The translations under genes and the position numbers were made by a program. 36,511 nt of DNA from a virus, in the IMG/VR virus record IMGVR_UViG_3300029251_000043; one strand, given 5' to 3'. Positions 21,647 through 30,587 of this stretch are shown one piece after another (position 1 is the stretch's first letter; the number at the start of each line of letters is the position of its first letter). A model generated the notes under the pieces. The model was not told the DNA's origin and did no database searches. It worked only from the letters and a program-made list of their open reading frames with translations.

Positions 21647-22273
21647 ATGGGCAAACCTGTTACGGCTGTCAGACCGCAGACGTTCGAGCGGTTGCAGCTC
21701 AACGCGGGCGCTTTTCTCAAAAATTTTGACCTGAGCACCTACACCGAATACAGCGCGCTCGAAGAAGCCCTTTTTGGCGCCATTAAGGACGGCACAAAGG
21801 CGCTGGGCGCGACGCGAGGCGGAGGCACATTTACCGCAACGCCAACCATGCGCAGCATCGAGGCGGACGGAAAGCGGTATGAGTTCAAAGGCAGTACGGT
21901 CATTGATACTTGGGATATCAAGCTGACCGCGACGCTTATGGAGATCACGCCGGATAACTTCGTGCTTGCACTCGGCACGGCTGAGAAGAACGAGGACAAA
22001 TCTTTCACGACTGGCAAAAAGACCACGATCAAACTGCGAACCAACATCGAGGACGGCGACTATATTCAGAACCTCGTCTGGTTTGGCAACACGTCCAAGG
22101 GGCTTGTCGCCATCGCGCTTGACAATGCGCTGAACAACACGGGTGTGACGTTGACTTTCAGCGACAAAGGAGAGGGTACGCTCCCGGTCGAGTTTCACGC
22201 ATACCAGGACACCGTGGAGAACAACGAGTACGCGCCTTGCGCGATCTACTTCTTCGACGAAGCGGCGCAGTAA
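21647..22273 (+). CDS. major tail protein
   Basis: ORF-track 21647..22273. Followed by a strong terminator and the G/GT chaperone genes. Confidence 0.75.
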   Translation: MGKPVTAVRPQTFERLQLNAGAFLKNFDLSTYTEYSALEEALFGAIKDGTKALGATRGGGTFTATPTMRSIEADGKRYEFKGSTVIDTWDIKLTATLMEITPDNFVLALGTAEKNEDKSFTTGKKTTIKLRTNIEDGDYIQNLVWFGNTSKGLVAIALDNALNNTGVTLTFSDKGEGTLPVEFHAYQDTVENNEYAPCAIYFFDEAAQ

Positions 22274-22278
22274 CAACA

Positions 22279-22313
22279 CGCCGGGGGCTTTGCCTTCGGC
22301 GCTTTTCTTTTTT
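22279..22313 (+). terminator. rho-independent terminator
   Basis: CGCCGGGGG / CCTTCGGCG 9-bp stem (two G-U pairs) followed by TTTTCTTTTTT. Confidence 0.7.
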
Positions 22314-22324
22314 GAGGTGAGAAG

Positions 22325-22690
22325 ATGAAACTTTCGAAGATGAACGGCGAAGAGCTGTCTATCTGCCTTTGCAAAATCGCAGAACCGATTGAACGGATCG
22401 GCTTTGACAAGAAGACGACGGAGACCTTTCAGAAAATCGCCGATTTGAGCAAAAGCGGCATGAACAACATCCAGCAGACCTCTATGATGATCGGAAAATT
22501 CGTCCCGCTGTTGCTGGGCGATCATCGGGAGGACACGTTCGCCATTCTGGCGGCGATCAACGGCAAAACCGTTGAGGAAATCCGCAGTCAGAATGGCATG
22601 CAGACCATCAAGGAACTAAAAAACGCGCTCGCAGACCCCGACCTGATGGATTTTTTTACATCGTCCGTGCGTACGGTCGAAAAGCTGTAA
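22325..22690 (+). CDS. tail assembly chaperone (gpG-like)
   Basis: ORF-track 22325..22690. Positioned between the major tail and tape-measure genes. Confidence 0.75.
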   Translation: MKLSKMNGEELSICLCKIAEPIERIGFDKKTTETFQKIADLSKSGMNNIQQTSMMIGKFVPLLLGDHREDTFAILAAINGKTVEEIRSQNGMQTIKELKNALADPDLMDFFTSSVRTVEKL

Positions 22691-22950
22691 CGGCGGCGAT
22701 TTACAGGCACGGAGCACCGCCGACAATCGCGGCACTCTCCGACCTTTTGGCGGATGACCGTCAAAAATGGCTGGGAGATGTGTACAGCGCGAAGATACTT
22801 TCCGCCATCTGTCAGGCGATGGGGAACGAACCCGTGAGCTATGAGGAGTTTGTCGGGCTGGTGGAGCAGGACAACCGAACAGGGCAGGAGATCATTGACG
22901 ATCTGATCGCCGAGCACGAAAGAAGGAAAAAAGCAAGAGGGGAGGGGTAA
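22325..22950 (+). CDS. tail assembly chaperone G-T fusion made by -1 frameshift at 22651-22657
   Basis: The -1 frame is open from 22576 to 22950 (ORF-track 22747..22950). T TTT TTT lies in the zero frame at 22651-22657. Confidence 0.7.
22651..22657 (+). other. -1 programmed ribosomal frameshift slippery heptamer TTTTTTT
   Basis: X XXY YYZ geometry in the gpG frame (gaT TTT TTT aca). Confidence 0.7.
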
Positions 22951-22953
22951 AGC

Positions 22954-24900
22954 ATGGATTTGTTTACGCTTGTAGCCAAGATCGGGCTGGATTCAAAGGA
23001 ATACGAGCAGGGTATCAAGGGCGCAAAGCAAGGCTTTGAAAAACTTGATACGTGGATGGTTGCAAAGGCGCAGTTGATTGCGGACGGCGTAAAGCGCGCA
23101 TTTTCGACGATTGCGGACTTTGCCAAGGATGCAGTCACAGCCGCAGCCGACGTGGCAGCAGAAAAGGCGCAATTTGCGGCGACGTTTGAAGGTATCGAGG
23201 AAGCCGCGAACGGCGTTCTCGCCAGCGTCAGCAATGATACGGGCATTCTTGCAACGCGCTTGCAGCAGGTCGGCACTAAAGCGTTCAGCCAGTTCAAGGG
23301 TGCAGGCATTGACGCGGCGGGGGCGCTCTCGATGATGGATGAGTATACCCGCATCGCGGCTGACGCGGCGGCGTACTACGACATCAGCCTTGAGGACGCA
23401 GACGTGCGCTTGCGCTCTTTCCTGCGCGGCAACACTGAGGCGGGCGAAGCGATTGGCCTTTTCACGTCAGAAAGCCAGCGAAACTCTAAAGCCGTCGAGC
23501 TGTACGGCAAGAAATGGACGAATCTGACCGAAGCGCAGAAACAAAACCTCATGCTCAACGTTGCGCAAGAAATCTATGACCAGAGCGGCGCAACCGGGCA
23601 AGCAGCGCGTGAAATGGACGGCTGGGTGAACGTCGTCGGAAACTTGCAGCGCGTCTGGAAAGATGTTCTGGCCGTTGTGGGTGCTCCATTTTACGAATCG
23701 CTAACGCCAGTTGTAAAAAAGCTGAGCGAGTTTCTGTCTGACGAAACCGTACAGATGCGTCTTGGCATGCTTGCGTCAAGCCTCGGCGATATGGCCGGAT
23801 ATGTCTTTGACGGCGTTATTGATCTGCTAGACGAGATTCTGGCGTGGAGCAGCGGCGAAGAAAAGCCGAGTGACACCGCGCAGGCGCTCTTTGATATTGC
23901 CAGCTCGTTTGGCAACATTGCAGGCATGATCTTCACGGGCGTTGTGGACTTCTTGGAGCTGCTTTTTAATGGCTTTGACAAGGAGACAGCCGAAAACGTA
24001 GAGGAATTTCTTAAGGATTTCAGCGCCTTTGTTGACGATCCTCTTTTCCAAACGGCGGCGGTTGTTCTTGGCGGCATTGTTACCGCGTGGATTTCCATGA
24101 AATCGCCTCTTGTCCTTGTTGGCTTGACGATTGGAGCGATTGTCACTCACTGGAAAGATATCAAAGAATGGGCCGGAAAAGCACTGGAAGCGGTAAAGGA
24201 CTTCTTCGGGACGGAGGTTGCCGACGCGCTGACAAATATCGTGTCCGGGATTGCCGGATGGTTTGAATCCATTCAAACCATGGCAAGCAAGGCGCTGACG
24301 GCAGTTGACGATTTCTTCAAGACGAAGTTTGACGTTAGCCTTACGGATGTCGTCCAGAGCGTGGCTGACGCTTTTAAATCTGTTTATGACTGGGCGCACG
24401 ATGCGCTGAATAACGCAGCCAATTTCTTTAACGCTACCTTCTCTGACCCGATCAGCGGAATCCTTGAGAGTATTTCGGGATGGTTTGACAGCGTGATTTC
24501 CAAGGCTGGAACGGCCATTGAAAAGGTTCAGACCTTTTTGGGGCTGGACACTGAAAAGAGAGACAGCAACCCTAATAATCCATACGGGAATAACTGGCAC
24601 AATACGGGAACTCCGCGCAAGGCAACCGGCCTTAACTATGTGCCATATAATGACTTCCCGGCAATCCTACATGCAGGAGAAGCCGTTCTGAACCGCGCGG
24701 ATGCGACGGCCTACCGCGCCGGAAACGTCGGCGGTATCAGCGCGGAAAGCATCAGCCAAGCCGTCGCCGTCGCTGTACGCGAAGCGCTTGACGGTGTGGG
24801 CGTGTACATGGGCGCGGATAGAGTGGGCGATCTTGTGACGCAGCGCGTGAGCCGCAACATTGCCAAGGGCGCAAGAACTATGAGGTATGCAAACGTATGA
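22954..24900 (+). CDS. tape measure protein
   Basis: ORF-track 22954..24900. 648 aa, helical with hydrophobic central segments, in the canonical position. Confidence 0.85.
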   Translation: MDLFTLVAKIGLDSKEYEQGIKGAKQGFEKLDTWMVAKAQLIADGVKRAFSTIADFAKDAVTAAADVAAEKAQFAATFEGIEEAANGVLASVSNDTGILATRLQQVGTKAFSQFKGAGIDAAGALSMMDEYTRIAADAAAYYDISLEDADVRLRSFLRGNTEAGEAIGLFTSESQRNSKAVELYGKKWTNLTEAQKQNLMLNVAQEIYDQSGATGQAAREMDGWVNVVGNLQRVWKDVLAVVGAPFYESLTPVVKKLSEFLSDETVQMRLGMLASSLGDMAGYVFDGVIDLLDEILAWSSGEEKPSDTAQALFDIASSFGNIAGMIFTGVVDFLELLFNGFDKETAENVEEFLKDFSAFVDDPLFQTAAVVLGGIVTAWISMKSPLVLVGLTIGAIVTHWKDIKEWAGKALEAVKDFFGTEVADALTNIVSGIAGWFESIQTMASKALTAVDDFFKTKFDVSLTDVVQSVADAFKSVYDWAHDALNNAANFFNATFSDPISGILESISGWFDSVISKAGTAIEKVQTFLGLDTEKRDSNPNNPYGNNWHNTGTPRKATGLNYVPYNDFPAILHAGEAVLNRADATAYRAGNVGGISAESISQAVAVAVREALDGVGVYMGADRVGDLVTQRVSRNIAKGARTMRYANV

Positions 24901-25667
24901 TGACGAGATACGCATGCCGACTGAACGGCATTGATTTGTCGAGCATCGACCCAGCAATTTATGCGCTTGACGTGAGCACCGTTTCGCCCGTGCGCGATCT
25001 TGTGACGACACCTCTTGCAGGGCGAAGCGGGCAGAGAATTACGAAGCGCACGACAAACAGCCTGAGCGTCGAGGTGAAATTTGAAATCCACGAGCAGAAC
25101 ACCGTGCGCCGCGCCCTCATCGCGGAGAAAGTGACGGAGTGGGCAATTCTCGGCGGCATTCTGACGACGAATGACCGACCCGAAAGGCGGCTGCACGTCA
25201 TTTGCGAGACCCTGCCGAACTTCTCCGCTCTGCGCTGGACAAACAGCCTGACGGCGACGTTCACGGCTTTTGAGATTCCCTTCTGGGAGAGCGAATACCC
25301 GCGAAACGCGACGGTTGACGGGAACGGCGAAGCTCAAATGATTGCGCCGGGCTTTGCGGATGATTCCCGCGTTTGGGCGAGCGTGACCAACGCCGGAACG
25401 GGCGCGATCACGAGCGTAGACCTGACAGCCGGACAAACCGCGCTGCACTTCTCTGGGCTTGCGCTCCCTTCCGGCTCGACGCTGGAAGTCGGCACAGACG
25501 ATCACGGCGTTTTTTATGCGCGAATCGGGAACAAAAGCGTGCTGAGCAAGCGAACGGCAGAATCGAGCGACGAGCTGCGGCTTGAAGCCGGGAAGTTTGG
25601 CAAGCTGTCCGTCTCCACGGACGGAAAAGCAAAAACGAGATTCGGCGTTAGGGGGTATTACACATGA
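24897..25667 (+). CDS. distal tail protein (Dit)
   Basis: ORF-track 24897..25667. Directly after the tape measure gene. Confidence 0.7.
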   Translation: MMTRYACRLNGIDLSSIDPAIYALDVSTVSPVRDLVTTPLAGRSGQRITKRTTNSLSVEVKFEIHEQNTVRRALIAEKVTEWAILGGILTTNDRPERRLHVICETLPNFSALRWTNSLTATFTAFEIPFWESEYPRNATVDGNGEAQMIAPGFADDSRVWASVTNAGTGAITSVDLTAGQTALHFSGLALPSGSTLEVGTDDHGVFYARIGNKSVLSKRTAESSDELRLEAGKFGKLSVSTDGKAKTRFGVRGYYT

Positions 25668-27688
25668 GCGCAAGGCTTCCGCGTCTGCTTGACGCGCGGC
25701 TCCGCGAGGTGTGCCGCCTCCATCCCGTTACGCTGTCCATCAACGAGCGGCTTGTACCGCCGCATGATGCTTCCATGACGCTTCCTCCGGGCGAGGGAGC
25801 GCCTTTCCATGCATGGGTGGAGCTTTATACCATCGACGGCAGCGCGGGCTTCTACCGCGTGTCTGGCGCGTCTGAGTGCTATGTCATCACAGGAGACGTT
25901 GACCTAGAGCACAGCGCGGCGATTCTCGGCGACGCGATTATTCCCGGCGAAGGGACGTATAGCGGAACATGCGCCGAAGTGCTGACGGCGATGCTGGCAA
26001 ACCAGACGACGCTCATAAACGGTCGAAAGCCTTGGGTTCTCGGCACTTGTGCGAAAAGTGCAAGCATCGAATATGCGTATGACTGCAACAACATCCTGTC
26101 TGCAATGACGGAAGTGGTCGGCGACGAGAAAGACGGCTACGCGCTCGAATTTGATGACACGCACGGCTTCCCTTGGCGGGTGAACGTCGTATCGGTCGAG
26201 ACCTCCGCGAGCTGTGAGGGGCGGCTGAGCCGAAACCTCGAAAGCGTCAGTGTCTCGATATCCGATGACGAGTTCTGCACGCGGATTTATTGCAAAAGCC
26301 TCCCGGAGCCGCACTATATCGACAGCTCGACCGTCGGCGTGTGGGGAATCATCACGAAGACGATCACCGCCGGAGAGGGCGTGACCGCTGAAAGCCTGAA
26401 AAGCTACATCGTGCGATACCTCGAAGACCACAAAAACCCGCGAATCAGCATTGAGATCAATGGTGTTGATTTGGCGACCGCGACAGGGGAAAGCCTTGAT
26501 TCCTTCCAAATCGGGCGGCTTTTCCGGCTTGCACTCCCCGATTACGGCGTGAAAATGGAAGAGCGAATCCTTGTGCGCAGCATCACCGACGTTTATGGCG
26601 ACCCGCGCGGCGTAAGGCTGACGCTAGCAAGCAACATCCGCGACACGGCGGAAGACCTCGTGCGGATGGACAACACCGTTACAGGCGGCTCGTCGAAGAA
26701 CAGCACAAAAAAATATATCGGCGGCGGCAAAGGCACCAGCCTGTCGAAAACGTCCGTGCTCGATATGCTTAAAAAGACCGATTCCTTTACCAGCGCAACG
26801 GAGGCATGGGTTAAAGAGGCTGGCGTGAAGATTGAGGCGAATCACGCCGATCTGTACGCGACCAAGCAAGCGATCACGGGAAATTGGGCGGGAGACGTTG
26901 AGACAATCAACGCCTTGATTACCGCATCGAGCGACAACGGCGGACTTGTATCAATGATTGTCGGTCGGCACAACAAGATTGAGGACGTGAACGCCGCAAT
27001 CTCTGCAACCGCCGCCGGGGGCGGCCTAATCAACATGAAAGCCGATGCAAAGACGGTTACGGACATGGGAGAACGTCTATCGTCGGCGGAGATCACGCTG
27101 AACGGCGCGGACGGGCAGATCGGCCTTGTGGGGCGCGTCGAAACAGCAGAAGGGGATATCAAGTCCGCGGAAGTCAAGATTGACGGCCTGAACAGCGAAA
27201 TTGAGCTGAAAGCGGATTCATCCGTAACGGACGCGCTTGGCAAGAGAGTTAGCAGCGCAGAGGTCAAGATTGACGGCTTGAACAGCACAATCAGTCTAAA
27301 AGCCGACGCGACTGTGACGGACGCGCTCGGCGAAAGAGTTAGCAGCGCGGAAGTCAGAATCGACGGCCTGAACAGCGAAATCGAGCTGAAAGCGGACAAG
27401 ATCACGCTGGATGGATATGTCACGGCCAACCAAATGAAGACGGAATTTTCCAACTTTGAAAGCGGCATATCTGACAATCTATATGTGCGGGCCTTAAGCG
27501 CATCAAATTTTGAGTGCAGCCACTTGACAGTCAACGGGAGCGGGTTGTCCTTGGTACAAAAGACCGTTGTGACAGGCGTGAGCCGAACGAAGCGATATGC
27601 AAAAGCCCCGTCCGGCACGTCGAGCATTGAATTTTATGAGTGTTCCGGCGTGAGCACAGAGAAAATGTACTATGTATCTTGGGAGTGA
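25664..27688 (+). CDS. tail-associated / baseplate hub protein (Tal-like) with C-terminal repeat fibre
   Basis: ORF-track 25664..27688. Lies after Dit. Three 30-aa repeats at the C-terminus. Confidence 0.7.
   Translation: MSARLPRLLDARLREVCRLHPVTLSINERLVPPHDASMTLPPGEGAPFHAWVELYTIDGSAGFYRVSGASECYVITGDVDLEHSAAILGDAIIPGEGTYSGTCAEVLTAMLANQTTLINGRKPWVLGTCAKSASIEYAYDCNNILSAMTEVVGDEKDGYALEFDDTHGFPWRVNVVSVETSASCEGRLSRNLESVSVSISDDEFCTRIYCKSLPEPHYIDSSTVGVWGIITKTITAGEGVTAESLKSYIVRYLEDHKNPRISIEINGVDLATATGESLDSFQIGRLFRLALPDYGVKMEERILVRSITDVYGDPRGVRLTLASNIRDTAEDLVRMDNTVTGGSSKNSTKKYIGGGKGTSLSKTSVLDMLKKTDSFTSATEAWVKEAGVKIEANHADLYATKQAITGNWAGDVETINALITASSDNGGLVSMIVGRHNKIEDVNAAISATAAGGGLINMKADAKTVTDMGERLSSAEITLNGADGQIGLVGRVETAEGDIKSAEVKIDGLNSEIELKADSSVTDALGKRVSSAEVKIDGLNSTISLKADATVTDALGERVSSAEVRIDGLNSEIELKADKITLDGYVTANQMKTEFSNFESGISDNLYVRALSASNFECSHLTVNGSGLSLVQKTVVTGVSRTKRYAKAPSGTSSIEFYECSGVSTEKMYYVSWE
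27164..27399 (+). repeat. three tandem 90-bp (30-aa) in-frame repeats inside the Tal-like gene
   Basis: SAEVKIDGLNSEIELKADSSVTDALGKRVS-type units start at 27164, 27254 and 27344. Confidence 0.85.
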
Positions 27689-27855
27689 TGAAAACGACCG
27701 TGGAAGACATCATTTTTCAGCTTGGCAACGTCGGATTGCTGCTTGAATCGGTGGAAACCAAGGGCGAGAAGAATCTGAACAATCTACTCGCCGCAATTCA
27801 GATCACGCGAAAAACCATCAAAGAACTGAAGGAGGCGGTTGACCATGAAAATTGA
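27688..27855 (+). CDS. small hypothetical protein, 55 aa
   Basis: Tail of ORF-track 27640..27855. ATG 27688 overlaps the upstream TGA. Confidence 0.5.
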   Translation: MKTTVEDIIFQLGNVGLLLESVETKGEKNLNNLLAAIQITRKTIKELKEAVDHEN

Positions 27856-28117
27856 AACGAGCAAGGGAAAAACCTTTAATATTGAATTTATCTGTTCTCC
27901 GCTCAGAGACGGAAGCAAAGCAATCATCGAAATGGAGGATGAGCGCCCCCTGGCTGAAATTGCCGCCGACTTTGACGGCCTTGAAAGCATTAAAAAGACG
28001 GTTTCTGGCAGGAATGACAAAGCCGTCTATGAGATGTATGAAGGATTTTCTCGGCTTGTTGGCATCCAGCGGGATATGGCATCGGGAAGCGTGCGCCTGA
28101 CACTGGCAAAGGAGTGA
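27845..28117 (+). CDS. hypothetical protein, 90 aa
   Basis: ORF-track 27839..28117. ATG 27845 lies after GAAGGAGG. Confidence 0.6.
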   Translation: MKIETSKGKTFNIEFICSPLRDGSKAIIEMEDERPLAEIAADFDGLESIKKTVSGRNDKAVYEMYEGFSRLVGIQRDMASGSVRLTLAKE

Positions 28118-28123
28118 TGGCCT

Positions 28124-29905
28124 TTGAATCTCGGCGTATTCAAGCGCAAAATTGACGTAGACGCTGATATCCAGATGACCCCGCTAAAGTCGCTGTATGC
28201 GTCAGGCGACAAGGACGCGCATGTCTTCGAGCTTTCCCTCTATCGAGGCGGACAAGAAATAGCCTTGAGCGGTGCAAGCGCTCAGGGCTATTTTATCCGT
28301 GCGGACGGGTACACCGTGCCCATCACGGGAGCGATCAGCGGCAATGTCGTGACCCTCACACTTTCGGAGGTCTGCTATTACATCGTCGGAAACTTTAACC
28401 TCATCATTAAGGTGTCCACCGCCGAAAGCCGCAAGTCTGTATTTTGGGGAAACGGCTATGTCGTGCGCAGCATGACGGATGCTATTGTTGACGAGGAAAA
28501 CGTTATCCCGTCTCTCGACGAGCTGCTTGCCCAAATCGCAGCGACAGAAGCGGCGGCAAAGGCTGCAAACACAGCTGCAACCAATGCAAACAGCGCGACC
28601 GAGGCCGCGCAAGCAGCGACAACCAACGCGAACAAAGCGACCAAGGCCGCGAACGCGGCGGCGACCAACGCGAACACGGCAACTAAGGCTACTCAGACAG
28701 CGACCACGAATGCAAATACCGCTGCTGGGAAAATCGACAACATGACTGTGCAGGTATCCGGCCTTGAAGCGGGTGCTGCGCCGACGGCAGACTTGTCGCT
28801 TGTGGACGGCCATTATAATCTGTCTTTTGCTATCCCAAAGGGAGACAAGGGCGCAACGGGCGCAACCCCGAAAATTACGGTCAAAGTCGTTACTGGCGAG
28901 GCGGGCACACAAGCAAGCGTCACCCAAAGTGGCACAGCAGAGAACCCAGTTATTACGCTGACGATCCCGCGCGGCGACACGGGCAGCCTTGGGAACCTGA
29001 CGATTAACGGGAAAGCACCAGACGGCGCGGGAAAGGTGACGCTGACGGCTGCGGATGTGGGCGCATTGGATAAGGATGTGCATATGTACAACCTGCTGGA
29101 CAACAGCGATTTTGTTCACCCGATTGCGCAGGCGGGCGTGAACGGGGCGCACGGCGCGACCGGGTATGCTGTGGATCGCTGGATACGGACGAGCGGCGCG
29201 ACGGTTTCACAGGCGGCGGACGGGCTGAAAATCGTGTCGGACAAGACGAGCTGGACGGCGGGTATTATGCAGCGGATCGAGGTGAAACGGTTTGCCGACG
29301 TGATGACGTTTGCGGTGCGCGGCGTTTTCCCGGTGGCATGTCGTCTGTTTGTCTTCATTGACAGTGGCACGGTGAATTTTGCGGAAGCGTATTTTCAGGG
29401 CGACACGGCGGAGCGCACGCTGGTGGCTAAACTGACAAAACCGGATGGCCTAACCGGGGACGAAGTGGTGAACGTGCTCATTTCGCCGGACACACAAAGC
29501 ACCGGAACGGCGGCGGTCGTCCGTTGGGCGGCGCTCTACGAGGGCGAATACACGGCGGAAACCCTGCCGCCGTATGTGCCGAAGGGATACGCGGCGGAAC
29601 TGGCCGAATGTTTGCGATATTATCGGAGGATCAAGGCCGACAATGAAACGTTCGCCGGGTACGCCTCAAATGGAGTAGCTTATGCGTTTATCCCCTTACA
29701 GACTATGCGGATTTCACCAACCGTAACGGCCGGCGGGAAGTTTTACTACACGCTGGGCAGCGCGCAGGGAACGACGACCGAGACGGCTACGGCGCATAAC
29801 GCAAACGCAAACCGCGTCGCCGTCAAGTGCGCGGTATCTGTAACGGGCATCTGCACGGGCCTTATTGAGCCGCTGGGAGATATTGACATTTCTGCCGACC
29901 TGTAA
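28124..29905 (+). CDS. tail fibre / receptor-binding protein 1 (BppU-N-like N-terminus, Ala/Thr/Asn coiled coil)
   Basis: ORF-track 28124..29905 with TTG start after AAGGAG. Contains a repetitive ATNAN.ATKA segment. Confidence 0.7.
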   Translation: MNLGVFKRKIDVDADIQMTPLKSLYASGDKDAHVFELSLYRGGQEIALSGASAQGYFIRADGYTVPITGAISGNVVTLTLSEVCYYIVGNFNLIIKVSTAESRKSVFWGNGYVVRSMTDAIVDEENVIPSLDELLAQIAATEAAAKAANTAATNANSATEAAQAATTNANKATKAANAAATNANTATKATQTATTNANTAAGKIDNMTVQVSGLEAGAAPTADLSLVDGHYNLSFAIPKGDKGATGATPKITVKVVTGEAGTQASVTQSGTAENPVITLTIPRGDTGSLGNLTINGKAPDGAGKVTLTAADVGALDKDVHMYNLLDNSDFVHPIAQAGVNGAHGATGYAVDRWIRTSGATVSQAADGLKIVSDKTSWTAGIMQRIEVKRFADVMTFAVRGVFPVACRLFVFIDSGTVNFAEAYFQGDTAERTLVAKLTKPDGLTGDEVVNVLISPDTQSTGTAAVVRWAALYEGEYTAETLPPYVPKGYAAELAECLRYYRRIKADNETFAGYASNGVAYAFIPLQTMRISPTVTAGGKFYYTLGSAQGTTTETATAHNANANRVAVKCAVSVTGICTGLIEPLGDIDISADL

Positions 29906-29912
29906 AGGAGGG

Positions 29913-30305
29913 ATGACATTGGACACAGAGAGCTGCAAGGTGCTGGTGCAGACCGACGACGCGGGGCGCGTGACGGCGATCAACAGCGACGCGTTTGTGA
30001 GCGGCGACGGCTGGACAGCTATCGATGAGGGCGAGGGCGACCGATACAGGCACGCGCAGAACAACTATCTGCTCAAGCCGCTCACGGATGAGCGCGGCGT
30101 GTACCGCTACAAGCTCGTGGACGGGCTGGTTGCGCAGCGGACACAGGCCGAGATGGACGCGGACTTTGACGCGCGGCCTGCGCCCGAACCGACAGCGGAA
30201 GAGAAGGAGCGCACGCTCCTCAAAGCGCAGATTCAGGCGCTCAGCGACCGAAACGATTTTTTGGAAGACTGCATGGCCGAGATGGCGGGAATTGTGTATG
30301 CGTGA
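29913..30305 (+). CDS. hypothetical protein downstream of fibre 1 (possible fibre assembly factor)
   Basis: ORF-track 29865..30305. ATG 29913 lies after AAGGAGGG. Confidence 0.55.
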   Translation: MTLDTESCKVLVQTDDAGRVTAINSDAFVSGDGWTAIDEGEGDRYRHAQNNYLLKPLTDERGVYRYKLVDGLVAQRTQAEMDADFDARPAPEPTAEEKERTLLKAQIQALSDRNDFLEDCMAEMAGIVYA

Positions 30306-30354
30306 TCTGGTCATCTGGACGATGCTGAAAATCATGGGGAAAGGGGGTGAAACG

Positions 30355-30486
30355 ATGATGGCGATGTTTTTTGCGCAGCGCGTAATCCTTGGCAAGACCG
30401 AGTTTAAGGATGTCCCGGCCAAGCTCAAGGCGAAGGTCAAAGAGTTGCTGGTCGACGCGGGTCTGCCGGAGCTGGCGGAAGAGTAA
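30355..30486 (+). CDS. small conserved phage protein, 43 aa
   Basis: Tail of ORF-track 30025..30486. ATGATG at 30355 lies after AAGGGGGTGA. The sequence MMAMFFAQRVILGKTEFKDVPAKLKAKVKELLVDAGL resembles short proteins commonly found after fibre genes (from memory). Confidence 0.5.
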   Translation: MMAMFFAQRVILGKTEFKDVPAKLKAKVKELLVDAGLPELAEE

Positions 30487-30496
30487 AAAAGTTTGG

Positions 30497-30542
30497 CTTG
30501 ATTTTAATAACGGGATGAAAACATCCCGTTAATTAAATCAAG
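30497..30542. repeat. long inverted repeat (21-bp arms, 19/21 paired, AAAA loop)
   Basis: CTTGATTTTAATAACGGGATG-AAAA-CATCCCGTTAATTAAATCAAG lies between the two fibre modules. No U tract follows it on the + strand. Confidence 0.85.
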
Positions 30543-30587
30543 CGAATGTTATTTGTTGAACTTGAGTTAAACGAGGGAGAGAACGCG

